This document shows positions 60,025-64,000 of a stretch of DNA of 64,000 bases, piece after piece. The DNA lies in the NCBI GenBank assembly GCA_049322915.1, contig JBMOPW010000016.1, positions 7,971 through 71,970 on the forward strand, given 5' to 3'. The notes under the pieces were generated by a model that saw nothing but the letters and a program-made list of their open reading frames with translations, did not search any database and had not been told where the DNA came from. Position numbers and translations under genes: made by a program. Within the stretch, counting starts at the first letter, position 1. Each line of letters starts with the position of its first letter. The stretch is from Candidatus Zhuqueibacterota bacterium. GTDB taxonomy: Bacteria > Zhuqueibacterota > Zhuqueibacteria > Thermofontimicrobiales > Thermofontimicrobiaceae.

Positions 60025-60870
60025 TTATCTGGTTGTTTTCAAATAGTCATAAAATGCAGCTTGCAGCTTCTTCGTGATCGGCCCCGGCTGGCCGTCGCCA
60101 ACAGTCCAATCATCCACTCGCACCACCGGCGTAATTTCCACCGTAGTGCCGGCAATGAATAATTCGTCAGCGCGTTTCAACCGGGTTTCCAGTATGGGAA
60201 ATTTTTTCACCGGGATGTTTAAAATCATCGCCAGGTCCAATACAATCTGCCTCGTAATGCCGGCCAGCAACAGGTTTGATTCCGGCCCTGTCCACAACTG
60301 GCCATCCAATACGGCGAAAAAATTGGAATGCGAACCTTCGGTCACAGCGCCATCGCGGATGAAAATAGCCTCCGGCGCGCCATTGTCCCGAGCATGTTGA
60401 TGCGCCAGAATATTGGGCAACAATGAAATCGATTTGATGTCGCAGCGAGTCCATCGCGTATCGGACACGAGCACGATTTTGATCCCGGCATCCAATTCGT
60501 CCTGATGCGGGTGGAAGACCGAGGCCGAAGCGAACACCGTCGCCGGTACCGGGGTCACCGGAAACCGATGGGTTCGCGGCGCAACGCCGCGGGTCACCTG
60601 AAAATAGACAGTGGCCTGTCCCTGTTGCAGCCCGTTTTTTTGAATCAACGCTTCAGCGACGCCAGTCAGCGCGTTTACGCCGGGAAAGTCGATGCGCAGC
60701 TCGCGCAAACTTCGGGCAAGTCGTTGAAGGTGAGCGCCTGCCTTGAATAATTTACCATCGTAGCTGCGAATGACTTCGTAGGCTCCATCGGCAAAGAGAA
60801 ATCCCCGATCGTCCGGAGAAATAGTCACCTCTTCTTTGGGAAGAAATGCACCGTTCAGGTATGCAATCAT
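60025..60870 (-). CDS. dat: D-amino-acid aminotransferase (PLP class IV)
   Basis: DRGFLFADGAYEV, YFQVTRG..PRTH, RWTRCDIKS, EGSHSN, LAGITR. Confidence 0.88.
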   Translation of the reverse strand: MIAYLNGAFLPKEEVTISPDDRGFLFADGAYEVIRSYDGKLFKAGAHLQRLARSLRELRIDFPGVNALTGVAEALIQKNGLQQGQATVYFQVTRGVAPRTHRFPVTPVPATVFASASVFHPHQDELDAGIKIVLVSDTRWTRCDIKSISLLPNILAHQHARDNGAPEAIFIRDGAVTEGSHSNFFAVLDGQLWTGPESNLLLAGITRQIVLDLAMILNIPVKKFPILETRLKRADELFIAGTTVEITPVVRVDDWTVGDGQPGPITKKLQAAFYDYLKTTR

Positions 60871-61006
60871 TTTGTTCCTGTCCAGGGAAAAAGTGTGAAT
60901 GATGGGTGTATTGAAAAGAATAATTAGAATGTTCAAATTCCGGCTGAAGCGATCGCATCGCCGTCAACCGCAGTCTCTTCGTTTGCATCGTGCCGGGACG
61001 TGGAAT

Positions 61007-61879
61007 TCAATTTTGTTCGATCGTTTCCATTGACAGGGATACCGGCGCGAGGGTCTCTGTTCCGGGAACCGCGCTTTCTTCCGGCTGAATGCGGTTCGCC
61101 TTGAGAACCGGTTTCAGGTTGTCCGGCGTGGCGTATTTGCGAATGGCGAATTGCCAGGATGTCCTAATGGCGATTTTCTTGAGCAATGATTGGACAATGT
61201 AGGGCATCTTTTCTAACAGCCACATGGTCTCGCGCGTAAATTCCCGGAGGTTGAGCGGCCGAGTGACAACCTCCACCTTCCCCTGTTTGATGGCATGAAT
61301 GATCGCCGGGATGGATTTTTCTTCAGCATACACGTACGAATACGTTGTGCCGAATTGATATTCCTTGTGCGCATCGGAATTGCCAATCATGGGCAGATTG
61401 AATTTTTCAGCAATGCGCATGGCTTTCCGATTCGGATTCAGCCACTTCATGTAGTAATGGCAAAATTCCACGCCATCGAAACACTCGATATGATCTGTCA
61501 AATCCCGGCCGAGGCATTCCGAAACAAGATAATTGGGATGCGGCGCAATGACCAGAACATCGTCGGTCTTGTACTTCAACAAATCTTCGTACGAAAGTAT
61601 ATATTTTTTCGAAGAGAAATTTATCAATAACACATGCTTTCGCTGGATGAACGTTTCCACGCCCGGGATAATCAGAAGACCTTTCCTGCGCGCATATTCC
61701 ACCAGCGCTTTGTCGATAAATTGAACGCCATGATGCGTAATGGAAATCGCATCGTATTTCTGTTCCACTGCCATGTCGATGAGTCGGGTCGGGGAAATCA
61801 GATTTTTCCTTCCTGATACAATTTCTGCCAGATCCCGATTTGTGTGCAGATGCAGATCAACCTTCAGCTTCATCACCAT
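61007..61879 (-). CDS. PHP domain metal-dependent phosphoesterase
   Basis: DLHLHT, ITHH, PGVE, APHP, NSDAH. Confidence 0.85.
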   Translation of the reverse strand: MVMKLKVDLHLHTNRDLAEIVSGRKNLISPTRLIDMAVEQKYDAISITHHGVQFIDKALVEYARRKGLLIIPGVETFIQRKHVLLINFSSKKYILSYEDLLKYKTDDVLVIAPHPNYLVSECLGRDLTDHIECFDGVEFCHYYMKWLNPNRKAMRIAEKFNLPMIGNSDAHKEYQFGTTYSYVYAEEKSIPAIIHAIKQGKVEVVTRPLNLREFTRETMWLLEKMPYIVQSLLKKIAIRTSWQFAIRKYATPDNLKPVLKANRIQPEESAVPGTETLAPVSLSMETIEQN

Positions 61880-61979
61880 AATCACTCCAGATTCGGAAAC
61901 CACTCATCATTCCGACCATGCAGACGCGTATGCACCATGTTCGCAGTTCGAGTTACACAAATGAGGTAGAGTCATGTCC

Positions 61980-63866
61980 TTATTTTTTTTGTGGCTTCAA
62001 TGGATACACCGTGTCCATCAAATTCTGCCACTGATGTGAATTATTCAGCGGCGTTACAAAGGGCGCCGCCTGTCGCTTATAATAGTGCTGCTTCAAAACC
62101 AGCATTCCGCTGTCGGTGGTTTGAAGCGAGTCCAGAACCGATTGATTGACTTCGATATGGTATTTATCGGCTAAATGTAACAAAAAATTATCAATGGTCC
62201 GGATGCGCTTATCATGCAGCGCATCGGTCTGGACGTCAGCCTGAACCTGAGCCAGTGACAGCGGCCCTGCGTCGCGTTTGTCCAATACTTTGAACACGGA
62301 ATACTCGCCGGTCTCTGTCGCCACCGGCCGACTGATGTCCCCAATTTTCAGAGCTTTCGCCGCCTCGCCGATTTTACCAAGCGCTGATGCCGCGAAGTAG
62401 CCGGAAATCCCATCCTTCTTCTTGCTCAATTCCCGCGTGTTATAGACGCGGGCGAGCGCTGCAATGTCCTCACCGGCCTGAATGCGCTGATAGATTTCGT
62501 CAGCTAATTTCTTATTATCGACCAGAATCTCCTGGATGTTCACCATGGCCGGACCTGTGTAATTATTTTGATGGCTGTGGTAAAATGCCTGCACTTCTGC
62601 GTCGGTGACAGTGATCGTATCGATGATAGACTGCCGCAAGTCCATGGCCAGGTACGAATCGGCCCACATTTTTGTCTGATACTGGACGTAATAGGTTTCA
62701 TCCAGTCCAAGCTCTTTTCCTTTTTGCGCCAGCGACTCAAACTCCACCATGCTTTTCATGGCGCGGCTGAGGCTGTTTCGGAATGCGTTTTTCGATTTGT
62801 AGCTGATTTTGTACGGCCCAATGCTCAGCTTTGTGATGAAATCCTGAACCGTCCACTCAGAGCCATCTTCGAACCGGGCGAATGGTTCGTTGATGATGTC
62901 GCTCAACTCGCGCCTTTGCAAAGCCTCCAGAGTGAACTCGCGGAAAATCTGTGTTGAATCATCAGCTGTGCGGTTGCTGCCGATGGGGTACACTTTTTCC
63001 AGCTCGCTCGCAACCAGATCGAACATCTGATGAGAGACTTTCACTTCCTTGTCCTTCATCAATGTCTTCATGTAATTGTAGAATTTCTGGGTTCGCTTCC
63101 GCTGTCGGATCGTTTTCTGAATGGACGGTGCCTGGTTCTGATAATCCGCTTCAGACAAAAAAACGTTGCTCTTTTTATCGATGAGCTTCAAAATGAAATA
63201 CGAGCCATCTGCGTAGATGGGCTGGGAGACCTGGTTCATGCCGAGAGTGTACGCTGCATCTTCCAATGACGGATGGGCCTGTCCCCATTTCATGGGCAGC
63301 GTGAGTACCGAATCGGCTGAGATGAACGTCTCGGTCTGAAATTCCCGCTTGACCGCATTGAGACTCTTGCCAGTCTCGATTTGCTCTCTGGCTTGCTGGG
63401 CCGCCTGCAAGCTGTCGAATGTCAGCACTTGCAGCGTAAGTTCCGATTGAGATCGAATGTATCCCTGTTTTATTTCCTGCTCGGTAATTTCAATGGTCGA
63501 GCTGATTTCGTGATCGAACAGGGCTTCGACCATCGCTTCCTTTTGCATCTGATCCACATACAGGTTGTATTTCGCCTTGTCATCCAGGTTTCGATGATAG
63601 GCCTCTTCGGCCAAAAGCTTTTCGCCGAGCATGGAAGCGACGGCATTTCGGCGGTTTTGAAATTTATCCTTTGTCTGCATGATATGAGGCGTAAACTGAT
63701 AGCGATCCCGAAACTCGGATAGCGGAATGGTCGTTTTACCAGCCCTGGCGACAATGGGCTCCGGGCTCTCTTTTGCACATGTGACAAAGAACATCAATAG
63801 CGCACTGTGAGCAATTATAGCAGCAATCGGGGACAGATACGTATTTTTAAATTTGATTATTTTCAT
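61980..63866 (-). CDS. SurA/PpiC-type peptidyl-prolyl isomerase (exported, probably a lipoprotein)
   Basis: Signal/lipobox FVTC; two parvulin-like domains (VSQPI, QEILV..GEDIAALAR, ISRPV). Confidence 0.8.
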   Translation of the reverse strand: MKIIKFKNTYLSPIAAIIAHSALLMFFVTCAKESPEPIVARAGKTTIPLSEFRDRYQFTPHIMQTKDKFQNRRNAVASMLGEKLLAEEAYHRNLDDKAKYNLYVDQMQKEAMVEALFDHEISSTIEITEQEIKQGYIRSQSELTLQVLTFDSLQAAQQAREQIETGKSLNAVKREFQTETFISADSVLTLPMKWGQAHPSLEDAAYTLGMNQVSQPIYADGSYFILKLIDKKSNVFLSEADYQNQAPSIQKTIRQRKRTQKFYNYMKTLMKDKEVKVSHQMFDLVASELEKVYPIGSNRTADDSTQIFREFTLEALQRRELSDIINEPFARFEDGSEWTVQDFITKLSIGPYKISYKSKNAFRNSLSRAMKSMVEFESLAQKGKELGLDETYYVQYQTKMWADSYLAMDLRQSIIDTITVTDAEVQAFYHSHQNNYTGPAMVNIQEILVDNKKLADEIYQRIQAGEDIAALARVYNTRELSKKKDGISGYFAASALGKIGEAAKALKIGDISRPVATETGEYSVFKVLDKRDAGPLSLAQVQADVQTDALHDKRIRTIDNFLLHLADKYHIEVNQSVLDSLQTTDSGMLVLKQHYYKRQAAPFVTPLNNSHQWQNLMDTVYPLKPQKK

Positions 63867-64000
63867 GGCGTATTTTTATGCTTTGGTCATTTCAAAACGT
63901 GATTGAAGAACGATACCTGAGACAGGTGACTGCAGGAGAGCAACGCCAGGCTGGCATTCACTTTCATCTCAAAAAGAATCGTGCTTCCAATCGGTCATTT

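Noticed and set aside
2887..64000. Second VR or target for the DGR
   Set aside because: No further match to the TR invariant segments was found by eye in the window; remote targets elsewhere cannot be excluded.

Overview
Bacterial chromosomal window. T9SS-A/FlgD-type C-terminal domains, a short FCB-type RpoD and VPS10 proteins suggest an FCB-superphylum lineage such as KSB1 or Calditrichota (inference). Positions 1-15.7 kb are a mostly AT-rich accessory island. It opens with a complete diversity-generating retroelement (DGR): an FGE-sulfatase/CLec target with VR 830-958, avd, TR 1512-1640, a structured spacer and the RT. All 13 VR/TR mismatches fall on TR adenines. A 92-bp MITE has apparently inserted into the DGR target-side hairpin. 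Next come a non-canonical GrpE-like / extended Hsp70 / TPR-TM-OmpA module, secreted proteins, and an orphan integron-like PIN toxin-antitoxin cassette whose attC appears to have been hit by a group IIC intron. Decayed IS3, IS4 (carrying its own MITE) and IS66 elements close the island. Positions 15.7-64 kb look like core genome: a sigma54 two-component envelope operon, ahcY-add, rlmN, MoxR-DUF58, a MinD/FlhG-like ATPase, a catalytically degenerate RNase HIII homologue, rpoD, penicillin acylase, yhaM, SNF2, a VPS10 protein, tyrA, dat and a PPIase. GT-ended MITEs with 8-bp target duplications are scattered between these genes. All calls come from reading motifs by eye; no database searches were run.
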